NCBI GenBank assembly: GCA_025201805.1
Contig: MU619287.1
Coordinates: forward strand, 136,416-200,415
DNA length: 64,000 nt
Origin: Parasitella parasitica NRRL 2501
Taxonomy: Eukaryota > Fungi > Mucoromycota
Reading direction: 5' to 3'
Position 1 is the first letter of the stretch, and every line of letters starts with the position of its first letter. Positions 13,272 through 24,884 of this stretch are shown here, piece by piece. The notes beneath the pieces are model-generated. The model did not search any database and was not told where the DNA came from. It worked only from the letters and a program-made list of their open reading frames with translations. A program made the position numbers and the translations under genes.

Positions 13272-14797
13272 ATGCCACAGCAAAACGGAAATGTCAATGA
13301 CGATTTAAAAATGAAGCCTCGTCGCAAAAAAGCCTCAAGGGCATGTTCTCATTGTCAAAAAGTGAGTGCTAATTGTTTGTAACAATAAAACGCCGTGCAG
13401 ATGCTTATTAAATAAATTTATAGGCGCATTTGACTTGTGATGATTGTGAGTATATAATGGTTTTTCTTTTCAGATTTTGCATTATGTTTCCGATAACATC
13501 GTTTGTACGACACCACTGACAGCGTAGTGATTTAGCTCGGCCATGTCAACGATGTGTAAAGCGGGGACTAGAGAATACATGCGCAGATGGTACAAGAAAA
13601 AAAGCAAAATATTTACAAGACGATGAGAATGGTATGTGCATAGATAAATGAAGAATTCAGGTTAGGGTTAGGGTTAGGGTTAGGATCTGATCCATCGTTT
13701 TGCGTAATTAGATTCAGATCACCGTTTCCAGTCAAATATCATGACGCCACCTGCCATTATAAATTATATGGAAGATAACAGTAGTAAGCACGTTGGATTT
13801 GGATCAGATGCCGCAAGCCTTGAGTATGGTATGCTAACTACTATGATACCCATGGTTGATACCAATAACCTTGCAACAACTCCCATCTACAACACTCCGC
13901 CCACGCCAACTACTAACAGTAATAATCGGATGCAGCAACAAGATATCGTTTTAGCTGATAACAATTCTGCCAACACGTCACCTAGTATATCATCGTCAAC
14001 CCCACAACTTCAACCACATCAACTTGGTACTAGCTATGATTCACAGCAAGTTCTGCGAAGAAGGAAAGGTGTGGGAAGTACACCAGGGGAAGTATACTCC
14101 AGAGTCCAACGTCCTTATAATTATGCCGAAAGTTACCACTACTTGATTGAATATGTAAAGAATCGCATGGGAAAAGATCAATTGATTCGCATAAGCCGTG
14201 CGCTTGTTTTATTTAGACCTTCGTATATGTCGTTGATTGCCGCTTTGACAGAAGAAGATTTGATCTACATGGAGAAATGTGTTCAACGTACACTATTGGA
14301 ATTTGAAAAATTGATCAGCTTTTCTGGAACGCCTACGGTAGTATGGAGAAGAACAGGAGAGATTGTACTTGTTGGTAAAGAGTTTTTACTATTAACTCAA
14401 TGGAGTAAAGAGACATTGCTTGGCAAGCAGACCTGCATATACGAGGTATATATACACATACATGAGAAAGCCTTTTGTTGCCATGGCAGCGATCGATAAA
14501 TTAATTCGTTGCATAGCTGATGGATGATGGATCCACTGTCGAATATTGGGAGAAATTCTCTCAACATGCATTTGACAATGCTGAATCTGGTGTGTACATG
14601 TCTGTTATTTTGTTGAGCCCATCTTATCGCCCAGTGCCATGTAGTCTTTGTTTCACCCTGAAGAGAGACATTTTTGATTTACCTTGTGTCGTCGTAGGAA
14701 ATGTGAGTAAAATGAAAGCGTAGTGAATCGATTCACTATTCTAACAAGAATATGTCCATAGTTTCTGCCCATCTTGGGTTCTAATTCAGGTTGTTAA
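13272..14797 (+). CDS. ERT1: Zn(II)2Cys6 transcription activator of gluconeogenesis with PAS-like domain (Ert1/AcuK)
   Basis: [14 protein letters not shown]|AHLTCDD|[27 protein letters not shown], with a 22-nt micro-exon at 13424-13445. Also [54 protein letters not shown]. Confidence 0.92.
13660..13684 (+). repeat. Intronic telomere-like repeat (GGTTAG)4
   Basis: ggttagggttagggttagggttagg inside an ERT1 intron. Confidence 0.85.
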
Positions 14798-15481
14798 GCT
14801 CCCAGAGCCATTCTGCATACATCTCTCAAATCAGGTGACGTCTTTCACCAAGTATACAGTTGTATCTAGGGTGTTTCTAGCCTCCTTTCTCATCTAAATA
14901 CATATTAATAACACCTTATTTACCTCACAATAAATATAAAGAACTCTCCATTTCAACAAGTAATTTAATAAATATATAGACATTACAATTTTGGCATACA
15001 TACAATAATAACAATCGTTCATTGAAAGTTCAGCATTTCGATACAACATTTTAATAACAAGCAACAAAAGGTATAAATTTACAACCACAAAAGCGATTTT
15101 ATCAATGAAAACACATGGGAAAAAACCTCGAGGGAAAATTCCCTTCCCAATGTCTGTCTCTCTAGTCATGGATGTACAAAGAGAGCGCGTTTTTCGCTTA
15201 TATTTTAGTGAATGCTGATTTACCATATCTAATCCACCCGTAATAGATCCACCTTGTTATTAAACCCAACATTCACAGCCTTACGAGCAAGGAATCTCAA
15301 CCCAAAAGTAAATTCAGGAACTCATATTTGATTGTTGATCCTTAACATTTATTCTTTGGCACAATTTATAGGCCTTTCTTTTTTTTTTTTACCCATCTTT
15401 TTGGATCCTGATCTTTTATTGATTTTACCCCCTGGCTGGCCCAGCTTTTATAATTTGGAGACGTTTATCAAATTTAATGCT

Positions 15482-18400
15482 ATGGCTACTGACATATCCA
15501 ACACAACTTGTACATCACCAACAAACGCTCAAACATCTAACATATCTGTATGTTTTTTCCATTTAATTATTTGTTCAGAAAATTGCTCTCTAATTGACAA
15601 CACCTTTCAAAATGGTTAGATGAGTAGTATACATGAATTAAGAAATCAAGCTAAAGACGAAAGAATACAACAGCAAAGGTAAATATTTTATATGTGTGTG
15701 CGTCGTCAACGCTTGGTAATGATTCTTTCTTCAAGGTTCATTGAAAATCGTAGAGAAATATTGCTCAAAGAATTATTCTTTCTAACACGAGAAAAAGAAG
15801 ACGCCATTACATTTTTAAATACAAATCAAGAGCTTTCAAAAGTTGATCTAATAAGAGAGAAAGATTTTTTAAAGGCCAATGCACTGAAGTAAGTTGCCAA
15901 CCCCCAATGTTTGCTTGTATTCAACTGAGCATAACTCAATGCGTACACCTTGTCAGAAATAGGATATTCTCGTCTTTATCATCAGTTGAAGAGATCCCGG
16001 ATATTACCTTACCGCCATCACAGCCAGCTTTGCCTCCATCCGAACCTGCTAAACAATCACAACCAGCACTAGCAACTGCAAAAGAGGATGGGACAGCTCC
16101 TATGGCAAATGCACAAAAGGGTCAGCAAACACTCCCCAATGCTCCAGCTGAAACCACAGCCAAAGATGAGAATGATGACTATGATTCACCGATACAAAGT
16201 ACATGGGAAAGTAAGGTGCAAGTGACGATAAACAAGCGGGAAGAAGATGAAAAAGCAGTAGGCGAGGAAAATAAGGCCGTAGCAGAAGCCGTGGCGACGG
16301 CTGAAGCAGCAAAGACAATCGAGACAACGCTGGCAGTGGAGACAGCGCTGGCAGTGGAAACAGCGCTGGCAGTGGAAACAGCGCTGGCAGTGGAAACAGC
16401 GCTGGCAGTGGAAACAGCGCTGGCAGTGGAAACAGCGCAGGCAGTGGAAACAGCGCAGGCAGTGGAAACAGTAGAGTCGATGGAGACAGCGCAGGCTATG
16501 GAAACAGCGCAGCCAATGGAGACAGCACAGTCAAAGGAGACAGCACAAGCAGTAGAAACAGGGGAGGTGGGAGAATCAGCGCCCAAAACGAACGCTTCCA
16601 GTGAATTTAGTGTAAACTACTATCCGCAATAGACCATGTTTTCTGTTGAATTAACCAAAGTATTCTGTAGGCACAGCTTAGCAACAATGATATCCCACAC
16701 CGAAAGCCCATCATGTATCTAACAACCACACTACCCAGACATACAGAATCGAAGCATCGACCTGTGCAGATATACAATGGCCATAAATTTGTTGATCGAC
16801 GCAACGATAAATCCCCTGGCATTGATCTCTACGCTTGGCAACTGAAAGCACAATCCCAGCCTTTGTATAAACAGCTACAGCAAGCCAGGAAAGTCTTGAC
16901 GACCCAAGATTGGATGCTTGCAAGAGAAGAATTGAAATCGATCAAAGTGATTTCGAGCATCGAGAGCCTGAAAAAAAAGAATATGTGGAGCCAACGACAG
17001 CTTAAACGCCAAAAGATGATACCACGGACAAAGACACATTGGGATCTGCTACTGGATGAAATGAAATGGATGAGGACTGACTATAGAGAGGAACGGAAAT
17101 GGAAAATGGCCAATGCGTACATGATAGCGCAAGCTGTTATGGAATGGCACCAAGTGGTGGATAAATCGACTGTCTGCATCAAGATAAAATCGACTTCTTC
17201 TACAGCCCCATTGCAGGCGGAACAGGCACCATTAACATTACCTGAATCTTCGTTACCAGCAGCAGCAGACATCGCACAATCTTACGACATTAAAATGGCA
17301 GAAGCAGAGCCTCCTACTACCGAAAATCCACAATACGCTACAGATGACGATGACGAAAATGCAGATGCAGATGCAGAAAGAACCACGATATCGCCTCAAG
17401 TTATCCGAACCTACAAGGAAATATTACAATCACTGAACCCTGAACAATCCATTCTTTCGCTGGACGAACAGGATCAGCACAACATGATTTCGTTACTGTT
17501 CCCGGACTTATTGCTGTATACCGCCCCTGATCCCGATTGCATAGGCAATGACCCATACTTTGATGAAGCCGAATACAGTCGTGTCGTACCATTTAAGCTA
17601 TCCACACAACGCATTAGGCTCTCAAGTGACCATAAGTTGGCCAGAAAGCGATATGCCGATGGGGATCAAGTCAAGCAGCTGCCTCGGCATGAACGTTACG
17701 ATAACACATTGCAAATATCGCCTTTATTTGCGCCTAAGAAATTGAAAGATGCACCAGCTACTCAACCTCCTATACCAAAAGCACCCACTACAGCTGTTGC
17801 TTCTGCATGGTCTGAAGATGATGATTTGTGCTTGATTCAATTAATTGTACAATACTCATTCAACTGGGACTTGATTTGCGATGCTTTTAATGCAACTCGG
17901 TCTTGTACGAGCGGGGAGAAGAAATCACCTTGGGATTGCCACGAAAGATGGAAGCAGAACAACCTTACATCATTATCAGGACAGGTCAATTCAGGTACGC
18001 CAGACATTGTAATTGTACAACATATCGAGCCGCTAAATTCTTTTTATAGCCTATGTATCCCGGCTAAAGAAGGATCTTCCAAAGAAGCCCTCACCTGTAG
18101 CCCCTCTCAAGTTTGATGCTGCGCGAAAGAGACAGAGACAACACAATCTGTTTGAGGCCATCAAGAAGACACAAAAGAAAAGAGAAGATTCCAATAAATC
18201 TAAAAGTAAGAGGTTTTTTTTTTTTTTTTGTGCGCCTAAGGGCAACAACTAATCCATTCTACAGCAGCAGCTAATGCAGCAGCGCCACCGCGTAGTGTGA
18301 TAGAGACACATGGCATGAGTACACAGGGGCAAAGACTACCCTCCGCCATGGAGCTTAGCTTGCATAAGATTCAACGAGAAAGACAAATGGCTCAGGCACT

Positions 18401-18900
18401 GCTTGAGCAGCGTCAAATACCAGCTCATTCCAGTTCGCAGCCCATGCTACTAGTAAAATGTTTTAGAGCATACCATCAGCTGCTGCAACCTCTAACGTGT
18501 CTATTATTAGGGTAATACAATGTCTCAAACACCCTTATCTGTATCACAAATGAGGCCTCCATCAGCAGTGAACTCAAATGCTGCGTCTACTGCAATCGCT
18601 GCTGCTGCTGCCGCCGCCACCACTCCTACCACTGGTAGGAGTATGATTAATAATAGTAACTCTATGCCTAGACCTCTTCCGTCTACTCCACAACAACAAT
18701 TCCAGCAAGCTATTGCTCAACAACAGCAACAGCAACAGGCTCAAGTACAAGCTCAGGCTCAGGCCCAAGCTCAGGCTCAGGCTCAGGCTCAGGCCCAGGC
18801 TCAGGCTCAGGCTCAGGCTCAAGCTCAGGCTCAAGCTCAGGCTCAGGCTCAGGCTCAAGCTCAAGCTCAAGCTCAGGCTCAGGCTCAAGCTCAAGCTCAA

Positions 18901-18947
<47 letters not shown>

Positions 18948-19761
18948 AGCACAAGCTCAAGCAATTGCTCAAGCTCAAGCTCAGCAGCAACAAGCAGCAG
19001 TTTTTGCATCATTAACTCCTCAGCAACAAGCACAACTAAGGGTACAATTAAGTGCAGCAGCAGCAGCAGCAAGCTCTGCTGGTAATAATAACGGAGCAGC
19101 ATCAGCAGCCAATTTACAGAACAGATACCCTGCTGCCCAACTTCAGTTACTAAGACAGCAGCAGATGGCGCTCATGGCCGCTGCAGCACAACAACAACAA
19201 CATCAGCAAGGCCAAATCAGGCCGCCCATATCAGGAGCAATGCAACAGCGATTTGCCAGTGTACTAGCATCTCAAGTATCAGCAACACCAGGTATTTATA
19301 TATTTGCAACGGGAAAAGCGCAAGAATAATGATTACTAACAGATATCCCAGGTTTAACATCATCATTATCACCCTCCTCCTCGTCTACTGTGATAAACAA
19401 TAGTAGTAACGACAACAAACAACAGACAGCGAATGCATTGGCTATAGCAGCACAACTAGCGCAGCTCGGATTTCCATCGCAATCCATCAATCAGCTGCCG
19501 CCTAACCAACAAGCAAACCTGCAAAGATACATGGCTCAATTGCAAATGAGATACAATAACACTGCCAATAGCAATGCTGGCAACAACAACAACAACTCCA
19601 ATTCGCCTCAGCAGCCTCAGCAAATGCTCAATTTGACGCCCCAGCAGCAGCAGCAATTAGCCATTCAACAACAACAAAGATTACAAGCTGTCCAAATGCA
19701 ACAGCAACTGCAATTGCAGCAACAATTACAACAACAACAGTTACAGCAGCAGCTACAGCAG

Positions 19762-19793
<32 letters not shown>

Positions 19794-19893
19794 GCAACAG
19801 CAGCAACAGCAGCAACAACAGCAACAACAGCAAAAATCTCCCATGATGCAAAGTCCAAGTCAGCACAATAATAATAGCAATAATACCATGTAA
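15482..19893 (+). CDS. EAF1: NuA4 scaffold subunit Eaf1/Vid21 (HSA + SANT/Myb domains, Q/A-rich tail)
   Basis: Multi-exon. HSA: [10 protein letters not shown]...[28 protein letters not shown]: [23 protein letters not shown]...[10 protein letters not shown]. Start codon and early exon junctions are less certain. Confidence 0.88.
16321..16560 (+). repeat. Coding 18-bp minisatellite (GTGGAAACAGCGCTGGCA; [12 protein letters not shown] repeats)
   Basis: Near-perfect tandem copies degrading toward the 3' end, inside EAF1. Confidence 0.95.
18748..18963 (+). repeat. Coding (CARGCT)n repeat encoding (Gln-Ala)36
   Basis: 216 nt of QA codon pairs in EAF1. Confidence 0.97.
19696..19830 (+). repeat. Coding CAG/CAA polyglutamine tract
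   Basis: C-terminal Q-rich/polyQ region of EAF1. Confidence 0.9.
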
Positions 19894-22130
19894 CATACCG
19901 TACAAACGTCCACTCTAGCAAGGAAGAATGATATAGAAATGTTGTATAAAAAGTGATAACATGTACTAAAATGTATTGTATTGACCAAATAATCTGCAAT
20001 AAAGTCGAGTTGTCTAGAGAAGTCTCGCCGTTTTCCTCCTGACATGTTAGCAATATAAAAATTGAAATTACAATACCTTCTCACTATCAACTTGTAATAA
20101 TAATAAATTGAGCCGATTATGAGAAGGCTATGTAGCGATTGTTTAGAGCTCCATGGGATTTGCTATGACATTGTGCTAAGCATTTACTAAGCAGCGAAGT
20201 TATCGATGGCACACCCTTTTTCTAACAGAGAGATTTCCTGCTTTTTGACCAAGCTGATAAAACGAGAGATCTGTCTACTCGGGAAAAGCTCTACTCTGGA
20301 GGTAATAGAAATAGCTTTAGGAGCACAAGTTCGGAATCGTCTTCATCTTGAGTTCAGATAAGGCAGCAAAAAATTCAAAACTACATTTAATTCCTAAATT
20401 CTTTACAATCCCAATATTCAATTAAACGTCTCATTCTATTACTGCACTTTTCCTTATCTTCCTTTGCCCAAATACGTTAATGGAAAAAAAAATTGCATTC
20501 TAATGAATCCTCTTCATGTAGCTTAACCAGATACCTAATAGGGAACAGATGCCATAGACATCGTCTCGGCTATACATCAATGGCCACTCGACCCACATCC
20601 AGCATAAGCATCAGAGCGTTCGACTGGCAGAGTCTTAATTTGTAAATTACCTGCAATATTACCTGCAATATTAAACTGTTGGCGCTCTCAACATCCCGCA
20701 AACAGTTCAAAGCGTGGCATATGAAGATGTTCTTCATGAACCAGAAGGTTACCTTGTCCTGCCTCTCCCCCCCCCCCTGAGCGCCAAAGAATCGACAGCG
20801 AATCATTATGAAAACCACGAAACTTTCTCTTGTATGCCAGACCTACATCTGTTATATCCAGCACTTTATATCTTTATGTCATTAAATCAGCATCTTCTGC
20901 TAGGGTATTTTGTCTATTTTATATCATACATGTCTATGCACATGCACGTATAATAATAATGACAATATCCAACGCTAAATCTGACTGGGGTTCTCGTCAT
21001 TCATACTTTTTTTTTCTTTCTTATCATGGTGAAATAGTCAAGACCGAAACCAAAAATTATGTAACAGAGGTAATAAGAGATATATCAGAATTGGTTGGGG
21101 ATTAATCATGGCTTACCGCGGCAGTACCAGAGGTGAACAAAAGGAGGACATCCCCATGGGTATTCAGACACTCCGTCGTCGTGAACATTGGTACTCTATT
21201 TGTGGTCTGTAGTTAATAAAGTCGACATGAGAGTTGCTATTATCACTTTCTCTAGCCGTATGGATGTGAAAAACTTTAATGCATGACGACTCAGAGGTGA
21301 AGAAGCCTAGGATGATTGACTTGTTGACACGATCTGCTTCTGGCTCTAGCAGAACTTCAAAACTAATCACGGATATGATGGATCATGTGGATCGAGGTGT
21401 GAATTGAGGCGAAAAGACGAGCACCGAAAACGCCCATGTGCTACATACTGTACCTGAATTTCTGGAAAATGCCTGCAAAAGATCGTGAGCAAGCATTGCA
21501 GCACAAAAAAGGGTTCTTGTCAAAAAGCTCAATCAAGAATGCCGCGTACTGTAGGGAATAGCTTTTTTTGCATTAAATTCGTTGATCAATTTTTACGAGG
21601 AATTCGGTATTGAGCAGTAGCTTTTGAAACTGATATCTTGCTGTACGCAAATGAACCGCTCTATCTGATCTAGCCATATCCTTCTGGTCATTTCGTCAAC
21701 AGCGCATACCATCTCTGTTGCTTTATTCCCCAATATTGCGGTTGTCTCGAAACCCACCTCGATATCAGTATCGTCTGTTGATTATGAATCTTTTAAAGGC
21801 TATTTAGCTTTTTTGTTTCAGTATTAATACTACCAAGATGGGAGTTACCAACATCAGCTAATAATTACATAAACAGATGAAAAAAAAAAAATTAAGGTTT
21901 TTTTTCTACTTGAGAGTCGGTTTGTTTGTTTATTAATAATAAAAAAAAAGTTTAAAGCAGATCAGGGGCAACAAGATAAATGTGGGTGTGTGTTTGTATA
22001 TAATGTGTTTGAAGCTATATATTTGTGGTTGTCTTTATATACAAAAAAAAATGGGTTGGATGGCAGAGGAAAATCAGCACACACACACACATACACACAC
22101 ATATATATATATATACATTGAGATATACAT

Positions 22131-22577
22131 TTAGACATGTCCTCCTGCTCCTCTTGTGGGTGTGTGATTGGGAGTGGGTTGATTGGATGACGCCGAGTCC
22201 TTTTGTTCCTTGATTTTTGATGGCTCATGAGACATTGTCTTTTGGTGGATGGCTACAATCACAGAGATGTTTGTTTATACCCAATTTAATCGTTTTAAAA
22301 CTAAATATATATATTTATATATATTATGCTTACCCTCTCTAATGCCTTCTTCTCCACTAGCCAGTATCCCGATGGGCAACTTGCCGTTGCTCAAAGCTTT
22401 TAATTGCTGCACAAGCTCAGGGTGTTCTGTTAGCACAGCGTAGGATCTTGACATTTTGCCAATAGCTAGCACCTTTTGTTTGATGACCTGTCTGCGACGA
22501 GCATCCAATGTGCAGTCGTCAGGGTTGGCATTGAGAGCGGTGTGTTTGCTGCTGTTGTTGATGATGGCAAGGGACAT
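22131..22577 (-). CDS. Calcineurin A regulatory-domain-only mini-protein (calmodulin-binding helix + distal helix; 121 aa)
   Basis: Exons 22577-22334 and 22252-22131, intron GTAAGC..TAG. ARRRQVIKQKVLAIGKMSRSYAVL...LVQQLKALSNGKLPIGILASGEEGIRE|AI aligns with the calcineurin A calmodulin-binding region ([24 protein letters not shown]). TATATAA about 72 nt upstream. Confidence 0.75.
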
Positions 22578-22783
22578 TTGTAATGTAGATTAGAGAGACG
22601 AAAAAATATAACGATGAAAAGAAAGATTGCGGTGGAAAAAACCCTGCCTTATATATGCAAGAAAAAGCTGGTCCTCCTCGTTTCCGCAGACAGCATTAAT
22701 GCGTGTGTGATTAAATAATAGAAATCCTTTGGATCTAAACACTACATCAAACTGGAAGTTTGAGAACATTCTTCCCCCTTTTT

Positions 22784-22838
22784 NNNNNNNNNNNNNNNNN
22801 NNNNNNNNNNNNNNNNNNNNNNNNNNNNNNNNNNNNNN
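22784..22838. other. Assembly gap (55 N)
   Basis: Run of n. Confidence 1.
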
Positions 22839-22948
22839 GAATTTTCACATTTGTCTGATGTTTGCCATGGTGATGGCCAGGCGAAAATCTCTTTTTTTTT
22901 CGGATATTTTCTGGCGCTTCTTTTATTTCCAAATCTTCTATATTTACT

Positions 22949-23542
22949 TTAATCACCACTTGCGCAGCCTCTGCATCCGCAATGAACGCATTCTACCATT
23001 TTTCCATCTTCTAATTTTTCCTTGGGCACTCGACAGATGCATGTTGTGCCGAAATTGGTGTCTTTTGGCTGGATGCAACGCAGACAACATAATTTCTCGA
23101 ATCCAGGCTAATTCAATTGATACGCTGTGTAAGTTGGAGCGTCAGGAGGAGGAGAGAGGGAGGGAGGGAGGGGGGGGGCAGAGGCAGGGAACTCACCTTT
23201 TTCCATTTGGCTATGAGATTTCCATCTGCATATTTGTTCTTCAATAGGTAATCGTATAATTCCCTAGATATGAGCTTTCGTTTGTAGAACAGCTCGTAGA
23301 CGTAACGTGATCGCTGGTGGTGGATTCGAAACACGGGCCAGGTGCTTTCGACAATACGTTTGCCTTCGTGAGATTCGTTTTCAACTAAGAGTGAGGAAAA
23401 ATTTTCGTCAGTACGGACACAAGCGCACTTATGAATTAGCGAGACCTTCTTTCATCTTCCTAGCAAATTCCTCTAGCGTGGGCTCGATTTCGTCAAAGCC
23501 TTCAGGGGCTCGTTTCGTTCGTGTCGTCCTAATCTTTGGCAT
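22949..23542 (-). CDS. BUD31: Pre-mRNA splicing factor Bud31/G10
   Basis: Three exons: [23 protein letters not shown]; [22 protein letters not shown]; LIAKWKK|[13 protein letters not shown]...CICRVPK...[14 protein letters not shown]. Confidence 0.97.
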
Positions 23543-23908
23543 GCGAAATGGATGTGTAGTGTGATAATGCAATGGAAAAAAAATTAATTTCACTCAAAAA
23601 ATCCAATCCACGAGCACAGGCGCGTGCTCTGTTTTGCCGGAGGAGATTGTTTGGCTGGACAGACAGCTTGATAACATGCCATGATGACGTACACTCTTAC
23701 TTATCCAACATGACATGTACGTATAGGAGAGCGATCCACATGCACCATGAACATCACTCTGTCCTATACATGGTCCCTGAATTCGACATGTTCGTATGTA
23801 GGACATCGCTCTTGTCTCTGCTTTTGGGTGGACATGTAGGCATACGGCAGCGATAGTAGTCCTATGCAAATTTTTCAGTTGAAAACCCGTAGACATCACG
23901 GCTCTTCC

Positions 23909-24826
23909 ATGAGCAAACACAGCACATCACTAGACGGCTACTATCTGTTTGCATCAAGCACAGCAGGCCTGGTTGCAAGATGCATTACACACCCAAGTAA
24001 ATGTCGCTTATTTCACATGAATTACATCTATTAATTCTGTCATGATTTGCCAGTGGATACGATAAAAACAAGGCTCCAGGCGTCCACTGCCGGCTCCAGA
24101 TACGTCTGGCGCAACATCAAGCTGTCATCGCTATATCGAGGGCTGCCTGTTACTTTAGTATTTTCTATACCTGCCTTATCTGTGTACCTCTCCTGTTACG
24201 AAGCATCGAAGCAAGTTTTAGATTCGAAATACCGTATACAGCGTCATTCTGTTTGGAGTCATCTCGTGTCAGGCTGCGCTGCTGAGGTCGCAGCTGGTTT
24301 ACTATTCACACCTATGGAGGTCATGAAAAACAGAATGCAGACGCAGCCAGGCCGCAATAGCAGCATCTCGCTGGCTGTAAGAATCATTAGGAGCGAAGGC
24401 ATTCGAGGGTTTTACAAAGGATATTGGATGGGCCTTGTCGTGTTTGTGCCTCACTCAATGGCGTATTTTGCTAGTTATGAAAAAATGAAGTACTGGTGCA
24501 TGAAGGACAGCAATGACGCCTCGCTTTACATGCTATGTAGCTCGGTGGCAGGAGTCACTGGCATTCTGATATCCACACCACTCGACATTATAAAGACAAG
24601 ATGGCAGATATCAGCCGCAGAACAGGGCCAGCAGTTTCGACAGGGCCCAGTCTCAATTGCCAAACACATGCTCTTCAAAGAAGGCAAGGGTGCACTCACA
24701 AGAGGCTTATGGGCCAGAATTGCATGGGGAATTCCAACAACTGCAATCAGCATGACTATATTTGAAGTACTCAAGGACAACAAATCCAGAATCATGCATT
24801 CTCTGGCATTTAGAGATGGAATGTAA
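23909..24826 (+). CDS. Mitochondrial carrier family (SLC25) protein
   Basis: Exons 23909-23996 and 24054-24826. Three PX[DE]XX[KR]X[RK] motifs: PMDTIKTR, PMEVMKNR, PLDIIKTR. Substrate not assigned. Confidence 0.93.
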
Positions 24827-24884
24827 ACATTTTTTTTTTAATATATGAAATAAAATAATTATGTGTATAATAGTAGATGGCAAA

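Noticed and set aside
16100-16586. Minus-strand ORFs with AVSTAS repeats
   Set aside because: Antisense shadow of the VETALA minisatellite.
18574-19102. Alternative-frame ORFs (LSLSLS, EPEPEP, LRLRLR)
   Set aside because: Shadows of the (QA)n hexamer repeat in EAF1.
20500-21800. Possible decayed non-LTR retrotransposon ORF1/ORF2 fragments
   Set aside because: Only a vague resemblance with many stops; no diagnostic motif (zinc knuckle, YADD) visible without a search.
21962-22228. 88-aa ORF MSHQKSRNKR... as second exon of the calcineurin fragment
   Set aside because: Splice phase puts exon 2 in a different frame ending at 22131; this ORF runs through microsatellites.
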